A stretch of 64,000 bases of DNA from the human T2T-CHM13v2.0 reference genome, Homo sapiens, in the NCBI RefSeq assembly GCF_009914755.1, contig NC_060928.1; one strand, 5' to 3'. Below are positions 11,408-26,056 of this stretch, one piece after another (the first letter of the stretch is position 1; every line of letters begins with the position of its first letter). The translations under genes and the position numbers were made by a program. Below the pieces are notes generated by a model that saw only the letters and a program-made list of their open reading frames with translations, made no database searches and had not been told where the DNA came from.

Positions 11408-12010
11408 CAGAACTTAAGCCTATTAGCACTATTCTCATAAGAATGCTCTTATGGACTATAGTTTCCCCACAACTGGTCACCTTAGATATGCAAGCTTTTT
11501 GTCTTAAAAGTAACAGAGAAATTAAGGCACTATAACAGAAGTAGCAATTCAAATCATTTGTAAAATAAAAATGACTAAATTCTGAAGTATTTCCACATGG
11601 TAGAGGCAACTCTTTACAATCCATTCAGATTAAGCCGAAATCTTATTTTCTTATGTTATTGTCTCCCTCTTTCTGTCATTCTCTCTCTTAAATATATCCA
11701 TGAAATACATAAAAATACACATATTAGGTACAGGTCTGGAGGTTTCTGCAGAAACTGTATAGCTTTGTGATTATGCTAGACTTGCATATCTTCTCTTTCC
11801 TTTTGAATTGGGTAGAGCAGGATATAATATTTCTCAAAACCCAAATTAAAAAATAAAAACTGACTACATATGCGTAAGTTTCTGAGCTGCCTTACTCTGC
11901 TTCATTTCAAATATATCTTTTATGTTAGCTTTGGCTGAAGAACAATTGTTAATTATTTATTCAAGTCTTCCATGTATGTCCTCTAAATGTAGGTTGATTA
12001 AACCTACGGA

Positions 12011-13383
12011 AGTTATGGGATCTTTGGGGTGTTGCTTTTTTGGCCAGAAACTTCTGTGGCCAGTGCCGCCTTTGACCAAGTTTTGCTCAGCCCCACTGGG
12101 CTCATTCCACCCACTCGACCTGGCAGGCTGTGCTTGGCTCACACTACCAGCCTAGATCCCATGCCTCCAAGGGAGACTTCAAGCCAGGCGTGGAGTGATG
12201 AGGGATGTGTGAGCAAGTGTGGGGTCCAGCCAGTGCCCGGTCAGATGTGCCAGCTGCTGCCATGGGGCAGCCAGCTCCAGGTGCCAGCACAGGGCTCTTT
12301 CCCTGTGAGGCTTCAGCCGGACCAGGTGCACTGCAAGCAGCTTCCATGGCTGGCACTTGGGAACACAGTGTCACTTGGAAGCTTGGAGATGCCAGGAACC
12401 ACAGGGTCCCAAAGAGGAAGTCAAGCCCTGGCTTGGGAAGTTCTCATATCTTGGATCCGTGAAGGGCTGCAGCTCTTCTCTCCTTCTCTGCCTGCAACGT
12501 GGCAAGCAAGGGGCATGTTTCAGCCCTGTTTGTGTTACAGCTCTTTTATCCTCAACATTCCATGGGTCCCAAGTTCTTATCCTGCAACCAGAAAGAATGA
12601 GGTACGCAGAGGAAGATTGAACAAGATGAAGAGGAGCTTTATTGAGTGATAAAACAGCTCAGAGGAGAACTGCAGTGGGCAGCTCCTTTCTGCAGCCAGG
12701 GTGTCCAGTCCAGTGTTCAGCTCTCAGCAAAGAGGGTAGCTCTTCTCTGCAGCTGGTCATCACATTGTGCAGCTCTCAGCAGAGAGGAGGGCCTAGAGTG
12801 GGTGACTCCTCTCTGCATTCAGGTTGTCCTATCATCTTTCTAGCTCTGGCTGAGCCTGGGGTTTTTATGGGTCTCAGAGGGGAGGAAATGTGCACCAATT
12901 AGTGTGCAAACATGAGTGGGCTCAGAAAAGTCACCACAAGTCCCCACTCTGGTCCATGGGACTGGCAGCCCAACCCCAGCCTTCAGGCCCTCCCTGGCCT
13001 GAAGGTGGGGCCTGGCCAGTGACTTGCCCCCTTCTGCCCAGGAGCCTGTCTGCTTCCTGCTGTTGTCCATGGTGCTCAGGTTGCTCACACCAAGAAGCAC
13101 CTGCAGGCTGGGGCTGAGCTGCCCTCAGCGCCCCCACAGCTTCCCCCGACCATGCTCATTGGCACTCAAAGTCTGCAGGGGGCTGAGACAGCAGGGGGCT
13201 AGAATCTCAGTGCTACCCTGAGTGTGTATAAACCCAGCTGGGCTGTGACAACCTGTGCTTGGCCCCAAATCTGCTCCAAGATCAGAGTGGGCACCAGAAG
13301 TGGGAAGAGGCCAGACAGTGGGAGCAGACACCCCTGAGCTTGTGGGGAAAAACAGGGGTCTTTCCTGGGACTCCGAGGGTGCA
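12011..13383 (-). mobile_element. MER52-family ERV1 LTR, 5'-truncated
   Basis: Minus-strand end GGCCACAGAAGTTTCTGGCC...CACCCCAAAGATCCCATAAC resembles the MER52 3' terminus; long GC-rich body. Confidence 0.8.
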
Positions 13384-13429
13384 TACTTCTAAAAAAAAAC
13401 AGGTATACATTTAGTTTCTGTAATTTTTC

Positions 13430-13870
13430 CCTTTATCATGAATTATTGCAAACATGTTGAAAAGGTAAAGAGGATAATATAATTAAAATCCATGTATACA
13501 TTACATAAAAATGAAGCACTTCTGATTGCAGTCTTCTACCTCCTTCTTTGAGGTAACTGGCATACTGATTTTTTTTGTGTGTGTGTATGTGCTTTTCTTT
13601 ATACTGCAAATAAATGTCTTAATATTTTTATCCTAAATGAGTGATTTGCTAAATAATATTTAATATTGTTTTGCATGCTTCTATACTTTACACAAATGCT
13701 ATGAACACTGTATGCTACTTTTTGCAGCCTGACTTTTCTTTTTTGGAAACAATATTTCTGATGTTTACTAAGGTGATACTAGTAACTCCACTTCATTAAT
13801 TTTCACAGCTTTGTAACATTTAATTATGTGGATATGACACATTTTATTTATCCACATTTAGATTGTTTAC
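13430..13870 (-). mobile_element. Old L1M 3' UTR fragment
   Basis: Degenerate L1MC/ME-like 3' end motifs. Confidence 0.45.
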
Positions 13871-14118
13871 AGAATTAAGCCAAGGTCTGAGCTGTTCTTA
13901 TACCTTCCTCTCTTGCTCCCCAGAAAAAGTAAAGAGCTTTGTGGTTTATTCCCATTATGGAGGATTAAATTGTTGTTTACCTTTGTGAGAGCTGCTTCAG
14001 TGAATTACTAGGGCAGAGGCCAAAATGCTATTTAGGTCTGAGTGAGCAGGAGGCGAGGAAGACAGGAGTGCCTAATAGAACCATTTAAAGTCCCTCTGGG
14101 TTAACTGGTTTGGGGGTT

Positions 14119-15113
14119 TAAAAACATATGAAAAAATGCTCAACATCATTAATGATCAAAGAAATGCAAATCAAAACCACAATGCGATACCATCTTACTC
14201 CTGTAACAATGGCCGTTATCAAAAAATCAAAAAACAGTAGATGTTGGTATGGATGTGACGATCAGGGAACACTTCTACACCCCTGGTGGAAATGTAAACT
14301 AGTACAGCTGCTATGGAAAAGAGTGTGGAGATTCCTCAAAGAACTAAAAGTAGAACTACCACTTGATCCAGCAATCCCACTGCTGGGTATCTACCCAGAG
14401 GAAAACAAGTCATTATTTGAAAAAGATACTTGAACATGCATATTTATAGCAGCACAATTCACAATTGCAAAATCATGGAACCAACCCAAATGTCCACCAA
14501 TCAAAGAGTGGATAAAGAAACTGTGGTGTACATATATATATATACACACACACATATATATACATATATATATATACACACACATATATATACATATATA
14601 TATACACACACATATATATACATATATACATATATACACATATATACATATATATACATATATACATATATATACACATATATACATATATATACACATA
14701 TATACATATATACACATATATATACATATATATACACATATATATATACACATATACACAATGTAATACTACTCAGCCATAAAAAGGAATGAATTAACAG
14801 CATTTGCAATGACCTGGATAGGACTGGAGACTATTATTCTAAGTGAAGTAACTCAGGAATGAAAAACCAAACATTGTATGTTCTCACTGATATGTGGGAG
14901 CTAAGCTATGAGGACGCAAAGGCATAAGAATGATACAATGGACTTTGGGGACTTGAGGGGGATAGTGGGAGGGGGCAAAGGATGAAAGACAACAAATACG
15001 GTGCAGTGTATACTGCTCAGGTGATGGGTGCAACAGGATCTCACAAATCACCACTAAAGAACTTACTCATGTAACCAAATACCACCTGTGCCCCAATAAC
15101 TTATGGAAAAAAT
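14119..15113 (+). mobile_element. L1PB-type (L1PB1-like) 3' fragment
   Basis: ORF2 C-terminus ([26 protein letters not shown]) and 3' UTR GGGAGCTAAGCTATGAGGACGCAAAGGCATAAG. Confidence 0.9.
14529..14760. repeat. Compound (TA)n/(CA)n microsatellite
   Basis: About 230 bp of alternating purine-pyrimidine sequence inside the L1. Confidence 0.97.
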
Positions 15114-16054
15114 GGATGCATATTTTAGGAAAATCTTTGGCCAAGTGTCAGGGGAAGCTCTTTTCTATTCGTTGTTTTCATAAGGCACAATCTATATTTT
15201 TAGGAGATTCAAAACTCTAAAAGCCAGATATCTGCCAGATGTGTTTGTTACGGTACTTTCATTTTCTATTCAACATAGCATTACGTAATTATCCAATATT
15301 ACTTCCATTGGGTTCTCAGAGCTCTGTTGTAAACTCTCTGAGGAAAGAGATTGTCATGCTTATAATAGAGGAGATAAAAAGGGATGCCAATAGGTAATTC
15401 ACCCTCAGAATCTGGGATATTATCAAATTATATGGGATACCTGACTTGTGGGGTTCAGTTCTGTGCTTTTATTCAGCATCACAGGGAGGTAGTAGAACCT
15501 CGGAGGGCATTGAAAGCTGCTTACCAGGGACCTGACTCCACTACTTGGCAAAGATCATGGTGCCTAAAATGCCCAACTAAACAGAAGCACTCCCTGCTTT
15601 ACAGTGACCATAGAGGTGGTCAAATGTAAATTGATGAGGAATCCTTGTAAATGTTTTGGAATAAATAAGTCCCTGAAGCTCTTACATAACATTAGAGAAG
15701 GTCCCTCCAGAGGAAAATAAACTGAATTTTGTGCTGGTCAACAGTGTAGAGATTCAGAACAGATTTAAATAGATTTAGATAAATAAGTATATCAGCTCTT
15801 GGTTCTGACAGTTGAGAAATAAATTGCATAACTGCTATGTTTGAAAAAAATGAATGTAGCAAACATGTCAATAAATAGCTGAATATACACTCAGAAGCTA
15901 TGACACAAGTAAAACAAATGGGCTTAACTAGACTATAGCTAATTGATCAGGCTTTGCACAACCTCTGGTGAAGAGAATAGTGCCCAGCACACAGATTATA
16001 TGTTTAATAAAAGCCATCAGCAAGTCCTATAATTTCTGCTTCCAAGGTGGTCAT

Positions 16055-17025
16055 TATAATAACAATGGCAGTAGCTAGCATTTATTGGTCTCTTTCTCTG
16101 TGCCAAGGATGCTTATAATCATCTTACATGTGTTATTATCTAATTTAATCCTCACAGATACGCACAAAGCAAAAGGTGCCTGAGACAGGTCTCAATGAAT
16201 TTAAAAGTTTATTTTGCAAAGATTAAGGATCATGATCCATGACCACAGCCTTGAGCACACATGCCCAAGGTAGTTGGGTTACAGCTTGGTTTTATGTGTT
16301 TTAGGGAGACATAAGACATATCAATATGTGAGATATGCATTGGTTCAGTGCAGAAAGGTTGGGCAACTGCAAGTGGGGGAACTTACAAGTCATGGGTGGA
16401 TTCAAAGATTTCCTGATTGGCAATTGGTTGAAAGGGTTAAGCTCTGCCTGAAGAGTTGAAATCAGCTTGAGATAAGGTAAGGGGGTTGTTGTGGAAGCCA
16501 AGGTTCTTGTCACGTAGATGAATCCTCCAGGTAGTTGTCTTCAGAAAGAATAGATGTGACTGTCTCTTATTGAAGGTGTCAGACTGCTAGAGAGACCTAG
16601 TAAAGGAAGGAGATTCTTTACAGAATGCAAAATTTCACCTCCAAGAGACAGCTTTGCAGGACCATTTCAAAATATATGTTTCTTTAAGTACCCGGCTGTC
16701 TGTCATGTTATGCTATACCAGAGTCAGGTTGGAATTTGGTATCTTATGGTTATAGAGTCTCTTCTGTCGGTCTTAGGATCTCTATTTTAATGTTAATGGT
16801 GGTCAGTAGTATGCCTGAACTCCAAAGAGAGGTGAGTATAATGAGGTGCGTATAATGAGTATAATGAGTCTCATTGTTGGCTCCTCTTGGCCTGTCAGTT
16901 GGGAGGCTTAGAATTTTATTTTTGGTTAACATATGTTTTAAGGAAGAGTGTATTAATATCTCAATCTTACAGCAGAGAAAATTGAGACTCTGAGAGGATA
17001 AGAAACTTGCCCATTTCAAATCCAT
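16055..17025 (-). mobile_element. MIR split by the MER4 LTR
   Basis: AGCATTTATT..TGTGCCA..TTTAATCCTCACA before 16160 resumes as TTACAGCAGAGAAAATTGAGACTCTGAGAGG after 16931. Confidence 0.6.
16161..16931 (-). mobile_element. MER4-family solo LTR (long form)
   Basis: Shares blocks with the other MER4 LTRs in the window (GCCCAAGGT..TTAGGGAGACATAAGAC; TTAGAATTTTATTTTTGGTTAACA). Confidence 0.85.
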
Positions 17026-17384
17026 TCACTCTCCTCCATATCCTTTGTCCCCACCTTAATATGTGCCCAGTCATTTCTTACTTTGATTCCTGCAGTAGCC
17101 TCCTAATGGATTTCCTGTATACCCTCTTGCCTCCTTCTCTGCCTGTTTCCAACAGGATATCCAGAGTGAATTTATATTAAGTACAATGGACTCTATCCCC
17201 TTCCCAGTCGTTCTGGGATTTCTCATTCCCTTCTTATCTTGGCGGTCAGGATTCTAGTTATAATCTCCAGTGTCATGGCATTCTTCCCCTGTTTGCTAAC
17301 TTTAAACTGCAATGGTCTTTTGATTCTAGAAACATTGCCTTAGGACCTTTGCATATACTATTGCCTCATTTTATCCTCCTATTC

Positions 17385-17740
17385 TGGTTAGAATTAGATT
17401 CGATGGCAATTGGCAAAAAACTCCAACTAACAGTAGCTTAAACTCGATAGAAGTTTATTTTTCTCACATGAAATTTCTAGTAGATTGTCAATGGCTCTGT
17501 GATGTCAGGGTCTGGGTTATTCTGCTGTTTGTGGCCTCCTTCATAATCCAAGTTGGCATCATTTCTCTTTCCGGTAGTAAGATGAATGAAGGGACAGAGG
17601 AAGGTCACTTAAGGAAGGTTCTAGGTATTGCCAAAGGATATTTCAGCTTGCAACCTATCAGCTGCTGGAGCTAATGGCTTAGTAGCCCTGCTAAGCTGTG
17701 AGGGAGGTAATTTTCCTTTATTGGAGTCCATGAAGCACTT
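17385..17740 (-). mobile_element. Ancient ERVL/MaLR LTR fragment (LTR33-like)
   Basis: AACAGTAGCTTAAAC..AAGTTTATTTTTCTCACAT motif. Confidence 0.4.
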
Positions 17741-18149
17741 GGCTTATCATTTAACGAAAAGAAAATATGGAATTATGGTTACACTTACAATGATGACTAT
17801 TTTCTTTACTACTTCAAATGTGTTCCTTGCAGCTTTATTTCCAGGCTTTTTGGCCTATACAATAACTTCTCACTTCAAAGACAATTCAAGTGTGTTAGTG
17901 TATTCTTATAAAAAAGGCACTTTACATAGCAATTAAATAGAACATGTATTAGCACTACACATGATTCAACTGGCATAATGGCAGTGTGAACAGATATGAC
18001 CAAGTTGGCATATGTGCAGGCAATGACAACTACCTCATTCCTGTTGCCTGGCTAATAATCAGGATTATTACAGCCATGCCATCCCAATTTTAAAAATATT
18101 AAAATGTGAAAAACAAGATATTTAGTTCTTTATTGCCTTTCATTCCTTA

Positions 18150-18280
18150 GAATAATGCAAACTTCTTAAACACAAAGGCTTTGCTTTATTCACTATTTTA
18201 TCTCTAGTACCTGGACAGTTGTCTAGAGCATTTACATTCAATAAATATGCCAGACTTGTTGAAAGACTGAATGAAAGACT
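18150..18280 (+). mobile_element. L2 3' end
   Basis: TTATTCACT..TCTCTAGTACCTGGACAG..TCAATAAATATG..TGAATGAA. Confidence 0.6.
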
Positions 18281-18375
18281 CCATTATTCCCTATGATAAT
18301 CTAAGTTTTCTCAGATGAGGGCTCAGAAACTTAATGTAATCAAGGAGCAGCTGTAGATAACACCAATTGAAGTGT

Positions 18376-18676
18376 AAGTAGACTTTCTGTATCCACAGGT
18401 TCTGCCTCTGGAGATTTAATGAACTGTAAATAGAAAATATCTAAGAAAAAAATAAAAAGCTAACAATACAGTAATAAACATATTACAAATAAAACCATAC
18501 AGTATAACAATTACATAGCAATTACATTGTATTAAGTATTATCAATAATCTAGAGATGATTGAAAGTATACAGGAATGTGTAGGATATATGCAAATACTA
18601 GGCTTTGAGCATCCTTGAATGTTGGTATTCTTGGGGGTCCTGGAGCCAATCCCCTGAATATACTGAAGGATGACTA
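18376..18676 (-). mobile_element. MER2 (Tigger MITE)
   Basis: AATCTAGAGATGATTGAAAGTATAC...GGGGTCCTGGAGCCAATCCCC resembles the MER2 reverse complement. Confidence 0.8.
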
Positions 18677-18819
18677 TGTATTCTTAGTTAGCAGCCAGAC
18701 CTCTAATGAGAGCCAGCGACTCATGTAGCATAAGAGCTCTTGAAATAAACTCTTGCCCCTACTCACAGGGCAGCTCCCCTCACTATGGCTGGGTACAGGA
18801 GGCACCACAGGGGGACTGA

Positions 18820-19511
18820 TGTGGGGAAACTGACTAAAAACAAAATCTTCTCCCAACCCAGAAAAACCTCTCCCCAAAGGCAGAAGAGAAAGAAAACAAT
18901 TTTATTATGAAATAACCAGAATTATTAATAAGCCAGAATATAACATACATCATGCAATTCATTTAAGTGATCAAGAAGACAGAAAGAAATCTCAGCCCCT
19001 TCTCCAGCCAAGTAGATACAGCCCATTACATACATGTTCTCAAGATAAACAATAACTAGTCCTCAAGTAAGAGGACTTCAGAGCACCATTTGTCACATAT
19101 GGTTCATTTGAACTTTATCTGGTAGAGTGAACATCTGCATTAGCTTATTAATTTTGCTTAAAGGAAAAAAACTCATATTTTTCTGAAAGGAGGTAGTTTT
19201 GGAGCAAGGCAGCCAATGAAGTTAGGTTTATACCGTGTCACAAAAACTGGAAGATAGGAGTGCTAGCTTTTTGGATAATTGCATTTCAAAGAGATGGTTC
19301 TCAGGTTCTTGAGAAATACATTCCTGTGTTGTAAAGCTGGCAAGAGGTTAATTTAACTTTTGAAAGAGACTTACATTTCAAAGAGACAAAGAGAGAATGT
19401 ACAAGTTTTGTAAAGGAAGTATCCTAAGAAAAGGGTGGGGGTTTGTTCTCTTTCTTTATTTTCAACAGGGAGCATTAAACTTCTTACTTTTATGTTGTAT
19501 TTTCCCTTATA
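18820..19511 (-). mobile_element. MER39-like ERV1 solo LTR
   Basis: Minus-strand start TATAAGGGAAAATAC..TAATGCTCCCTGTTGAAAATAAAG; about 690 bp ending in CA. Confidence 0.65.
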
Positions 19512-19618
19512 GTACTTGAAGGCAAAGAGACTAACATCTTAGTTAATTGATCAATTAACTTTCATTGATCAATCTGACATTGAGCCAAAGTGGAATGTTT
19601 ACCATGTGCCCAGCCTAT

Positions 19619-20214
19619 GGAGTGAAAGTTTAGTAAAAAGTTTTAGGGCAAGGATGGAGGGAAGTAAAGTACACTTGAAAGAAGGCCAAGCAAGCAACTT
19701 GAGAGAATCAAGTGTATGGTTTGAACCTTTTGACTTGGGGAATATGTTGGCATGCTTTCAGGCGGTTGTGTCTCTTCTCCCCTGATTCTCTCCTTGGGGT
19801 GAGCTGTCTGCATGTAGAGTGGTCTGCCAGCAGTTGGGAGGGGCTGCAGGCACAGTGTGTTTACTGGAGTTGTACACATGCTCAATTGAGGCGTTCTTCC
19901 CTTACCAGTTGAGTGTTCCTATAAGGTCATATACCAGTTGAACTCCACCATTTTGCCTCTTAGGTGCACATGCTTGAGCCCACTCACCCAACTCCTGAGA
20001 TCTTATAAGGAAGCTGATTACCAGTTTCTGGTTTTTCTATCTATCGGGAGACTGCCTTTCCCTGGTGCTGGGTGTGACCAATTATTATTGTAGAGAGATA
20101 CCTTAACAACTGCCTGATCATCACCTGATGGTCACCTGATGTTCCTGGTGCCAGGGGAGGGGGAGCCCTCCTGCTCCTGCCCTGCTCATGTCTGCCTGAC
20201 TACCTACTGTAACA
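19619..20214 (-). mobile_element. MER50 LTR, 3'-truncated
   Basis: Minus-strand start TGTTACAGTAGGTAGTCAGGCAGACATGAGCAGGGCAGGAG; homologous to 31634-32193. Confidence 0.85.
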
Positions 20215-20791
20215 GTTTAACTTTAAAACAAAGATAATAACATCTCTTTCCCAAACAAAACTCCTTCTTGCCTGGGGATAATACTGCCTTTGTAAGACAC
20301 AAATTAGGCATAAGATTAGATATTATGGTTTAGGAGTTATGCAGTCAGAGACTGCAACACTCCCAACCTCTCCAATTACTCCTACAGATAACATCACTAT
20401 TATAAAACCTAACATTGGTGCTGGAGATATTTTTCAGACTCTATACTTGATGGATCAGCTGGCATCACCCAGACTGGTAAACTGGCTCAACTAATTCTAC
20501 TCTCCTACCTAGGAACAGAAGACAGCAAGAAAAACCCACTTCTGCCCCCTATGATTTCATCTCTGACATGACCAATCAGCACTCTCCACTCCCTTGCCCC
20601 CTACCCATCAAATTATATTTAGGAATTATACTCTGAATTTTGGGGGAGGCTGATTTGAATAATAATAAAACTCTAGTCTCCCATTCAGCCAGCTCTGCAT
20701 AAATTGAACTCTTTCTCTATCTAAATTTCCCTGTCTTGATAAATTGGGTCTGTCTGGGCAGTGGGCAAGGAGAAACTATTGGGCAGTTATA
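20215..20791 (+). mobile_element. LTR8-family LTR (LTR8A/B-like), 5'-truncated
   Basis: GATAACATCACTATT..AAAACCTAA..TGGTGC; AATAATAATAAAACTC; ends GGGCAGTTATA. Confidence 0.8.
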
Positions 20792-21451
20792 ATTCTATTT
20801 GAATTCTATATTAACAATCCTAAATCCAATGCACCTTTTAAATTTATACATTCTGGCCTCTGCTTCCCTAGCACTTCTTAAAATTCTTCGTTATTAGAAA
20901 CAGACTTTAATGTTTAGTGTTGATTATTAGGAATTGACTTTATCCTAATGTAGGCATTTGATCTATTTGTGGTACCCTATTTGGGCCTAATGAAAGCAGC
21001 TTAAAGCCTTTTTGTTTCAATGGAAATTATTTTATTTAATTTTATATAGTTCTCCTTTTTCCTGGAATCAAAATAAAATTTAAGTATGAAGATCAATTTA
21101 TAGAATTACTAGAATTATTAGAATTACTTATTTTCTGTGATAATTATAAATGGGCCATAAAAACACCACTACTACAGACTGTTGCATTATTGTCGGGTAT
21201 ATTTATTATTTGTAAATATAAATGTCAGAGGCAGTTAAGAATCTCTTACTTGGATAACTCTGTTTTTAGATGTCACTCGGTTATAGGCTCTGGAGCCAAG
21301 TGAGCACATGGGCAAGGATCTGAGGATTTATTCTTCTGTCAAAATATATTTCAAAGGGTAAGAGAAGTAAGAATAAGGGTAAATACAAATGACTAGCAAA
21401 AGTCCAAGTCTAAAAATACAATGCATGAGCAGAGTCTTTGGAGAACTGGGG

Positions 21452-21653
21452 CAGTGATTCTCACTGTTGGCTGCACAGTAGAATCAATCATTCCTGTGTC
21501 TTACCCCAGATCATTAAATTAGTCTCCCAGGAGTGGGATCCAAGCATTGGTGTTTTCTTTTTCTCTTCTCTCCTCCTGTCCACTGCCCTCTTTCCCTTCT
21601 TTGGGATAAAATTTTCCACATGAGTCTAAGATGCAGCAGAGTTGAGAAACACC
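21452..21653. mobile_element. MER5-type hAT-Charlie MITE
   Basis: CAGTGATTCTCA ... TGCAGCAGAGTTGAGAAACAC inverted termini. Confidence 0.6.
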
Positions 21654-22499
21654 CAGCTAGGCTGGAGAAACAGAAAATTGATGTTCATGTAGAGCAAATA
21701 TTAAAGAAGAATAGAAACAAGCAATGTCTGAGAATAGATAGAAATTGAAATGTTGTTCTTCTAAAACATTCATGAGTCCTTATAGCTTAAGGAAGTGTTC
21801 ATGACAAAAAACATAATGAAATGATTGACTGACCATATTCAGGGAACATATGAAAACCCTTTTTCAGTGTTAAACTACAGCCTCAAGGGATTTTTTGATA
21901 GGACCCTTAAAATTGGTTGGAATATGAAAACAATAGCAAACATAGTAAAACTACTACACAAGGACCAGAATGAGAATATTTACTCAATGTGTAATCAGTG
22001 CAGAAGTTGTACTCTATTAGAACTTTTTTCTATCTTGATTACTTATGTTCTATTTCTTATAACTCTTGTAACAGAAACTGTTACAGGAGCTAATACACTC
22101 TCCTTAAAACAACAAGAACTGAATTGACTGCCCAGGGAATCTAATTATTATCAAGTTTATAAGAGAAAGAAACCACCAAAAATATATGCAGTATTTGCAT
22201 TGCATTACATTTCCATGAGGTTTTATGGGAAAACCTTAAGTTGCAAATACTAACTTTAGTGTTTAAAAACACTCCGGCTGTCAAGTCCATTAGATGTGAC
22301 AACTCATGGTAGTGAAAACTTCAGCCCCTTGTCATTACCAGCCTCTAGTCATCCCAGTCAACTGAGAAGAGTTTCTTTTTCTCCAGTCTGTCCTAAAGAG
22401 AAAAATGGGGAGGAAAGCAAGTTTGATGATGTATCACTATTGTGAGAAATCCTGTCACCATCATGATAGTTCATTACATGGGGTATTGTAGACAGCTTT

Positions 22500-22942
22500 G
22501 GTTATCTTACCAGCTTCCATTTCAGCACCCCATTCATTGTACAACAACCATGATATTCAGATAAGATTGGTCCCATGTCTAAACCCTGCCTGGTACCAGC
22601 CTATTAGCATAATGAATCCTCTTTTTGCCACAGTTTAAAATAATCTCCTGCCCACAGTGATTGTTTCAGGAAAGGGTAGGTAACCTAAGTTGAACCAATC
22701 AGAGTGAAGGCCCTGATGAGACAGCACTAAGAGATGGTTTATGGGTTGACACACCTCATATTTGATAACAGGCAGAACCAAGAAAATCACAGAGAAAATG
22801 GACCTGGAACTCTGATTTTAAAATGTGCGTGACGCCTGTTTACTCTGTATTTTTAGTAATGTGTACTAATAAATTTCTTTTGTTGTTGAAACCAGTTTGA
22901 GCTGTTTTTGATTAGTTGCAACCAAAAGTATCCTCCCTGATA
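22500..22942 (+). mobile_element. LTR16-like ERVL LTR
   Basis: CCACAGTGATTG..CCAATCAGAGTG and AATAAATTTCTTTT..AACCAGTTTGAG..TTGCAACCAAAAG. Confidence 0.6.
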
Positions 22943-23174
22943 AAATAGCTACCATTGAATGTGCTAGGCATTGTGAAAAACATCACTTGCTTATGTCACT
23001 TAATTTACTTTTCAGAAGCTAATCTCTGCACCGATATTCCATTTCTTTCTGCTTTATCACAATTTCTGCAGGATTTACATCCATTCTTTCTTATAGATTC
23101 ATTCTTACCCCCTTAACTGTGTTTATCCCAATGCTTCTTACATGGTCAAGTATCTCCCATTAAAAACAAAACAT

Positions 23175-23348
23175 ATTAGCTTGGCATGGTGGTGCATGCC
23201 TGTAGTTATAGCTACTCACTTGGGAGGCTGAAATGGGAGGATCTCTTGAGCCCAGGAGATTGAGGCTGCAGTGAGCTATGATTATGCCACTGCATTACCT
23301 GAATGACAGAATGAGACCTTGTCTCTTAAAAAAACAAAAATAAAAACA
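23175..23348 (+). mobile_element. AluJ right arm / FRAM
   Basis: GGAGGATCTCTTGAGCCCAGGAG..GAGGCTGCAGTGAGCTATGAT, with an A-rich tail. Confidence 0.85.
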
Positions 23349-23349
23349 A

Positions 23350-24960
<1,611 letters not shown>

Positions 24961-24969
24961 AAAGTAAAT

Positions 24970-25090
24970 CTTTACAACTCTATGGAATGGGCATTATTAT
25001 TTTCTTCCTTTTACAGTTAAGGAAATTAAGATTTAGATGGGTTAAAGTCTGAAAGTGCAAAGTAAAGACTCAAATCCATTTCTAGTTTGA
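24970..25090 (-). mobile_element. MIR fragment
   Basis: CATTATTATT..TTTTACAGTTAAGGAAATTAAG core. Confidence 0.55.
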
Positions 25091-26056
25091 CTTCACTAAT
25101 TCACAGTGAAAAAACAGGAAAGTGTCAATGTAGAATGACCACTCCATTTTTCACAGTGGAACCGAGTATGATAATCTAATAAAGTATAAATTTTAAAATA
25201 TTGGCATTAATGAACTTGCTAAGGATAAGTGCTGTAATGTATATATCCTAGAGATATATCTCTCTAGTCCTTGTAATTAGGATGAAGTTAAGCTAATGGG
25301 TTTCCCTTGGGGACTGTTGAACAGAGGATCATCATAGTTGTTATTATGCATTATATGTTATATAAAACTGTTTGCAGATAAAATAGCTGTAAATATTACT
25401 TCTAATTGTATGTGGACCATTAGTTAATTCAGCACCAAAACCCCAGCAACCTATCTATCCTTTATGATGAACTTATCTTTATTTATGTTGACATAGAAAT
25501 AACAAGAAATGAAGTGTGTATGTGTGTGTTGTCATTTGGTTTCAATCAACAAGTCACTTCTCCTCAAAAGCAAAGTTCAACAACCGACTTTCAAGGTGAC
25601 CGATTAAAAGTTTATACCTACAGACATTTTAATAAAATTAAAGTATGGCAAAACTGTTGGCAGAAAATATTCGTATCTCAGAAATGAGTCATTAGATTCT
25701 GAGAATATATTTTTGTAGCAGAGGTAGGAGGTGCAGAGTTTTCTTATCATATCCAGATAATTTAAAACTTTTTTTTTACCCTCTGAATAACTTTATATAA
25801 CATAAAGGGAAACAAGCCAGGCAAATAAGGTGCATTAGTTAAAATCTTTGGAAAAATAAAAATAGGGTCATTTAGGAAACAATAGTCTTTTAGTTCAGAG
25901 AGTTGGGTTTTGAGACAGCTCCATTTCTTCTGAGGACTGTTTGCACAGATATAAAATGTCAGAATAGCAGAAGGGAAATTTACAAAAGAAATTTTAAACT
26001 GAAGGCAAGCACAGCTGAACAGAAAGGTAATGTTGAGTTGTCAATATTATGAACTG

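Noticed and set aside
11922-13384. Dense overlapping ORFs, including a 206-aa frame (12029-12649), in GC-rich sequence resembling a gene or CpG island
   Set aside because: They lie entirely within a MER52-like LTR; the sequence is CpG-depleted, has ORFs on both strands and shows no recognisable domain
14391-14809. Tyr/Ile/Cys/His-rich ORFs
   Set aside because: They are translations of the TA/CA microsatellite; the same applies to 61207-61564
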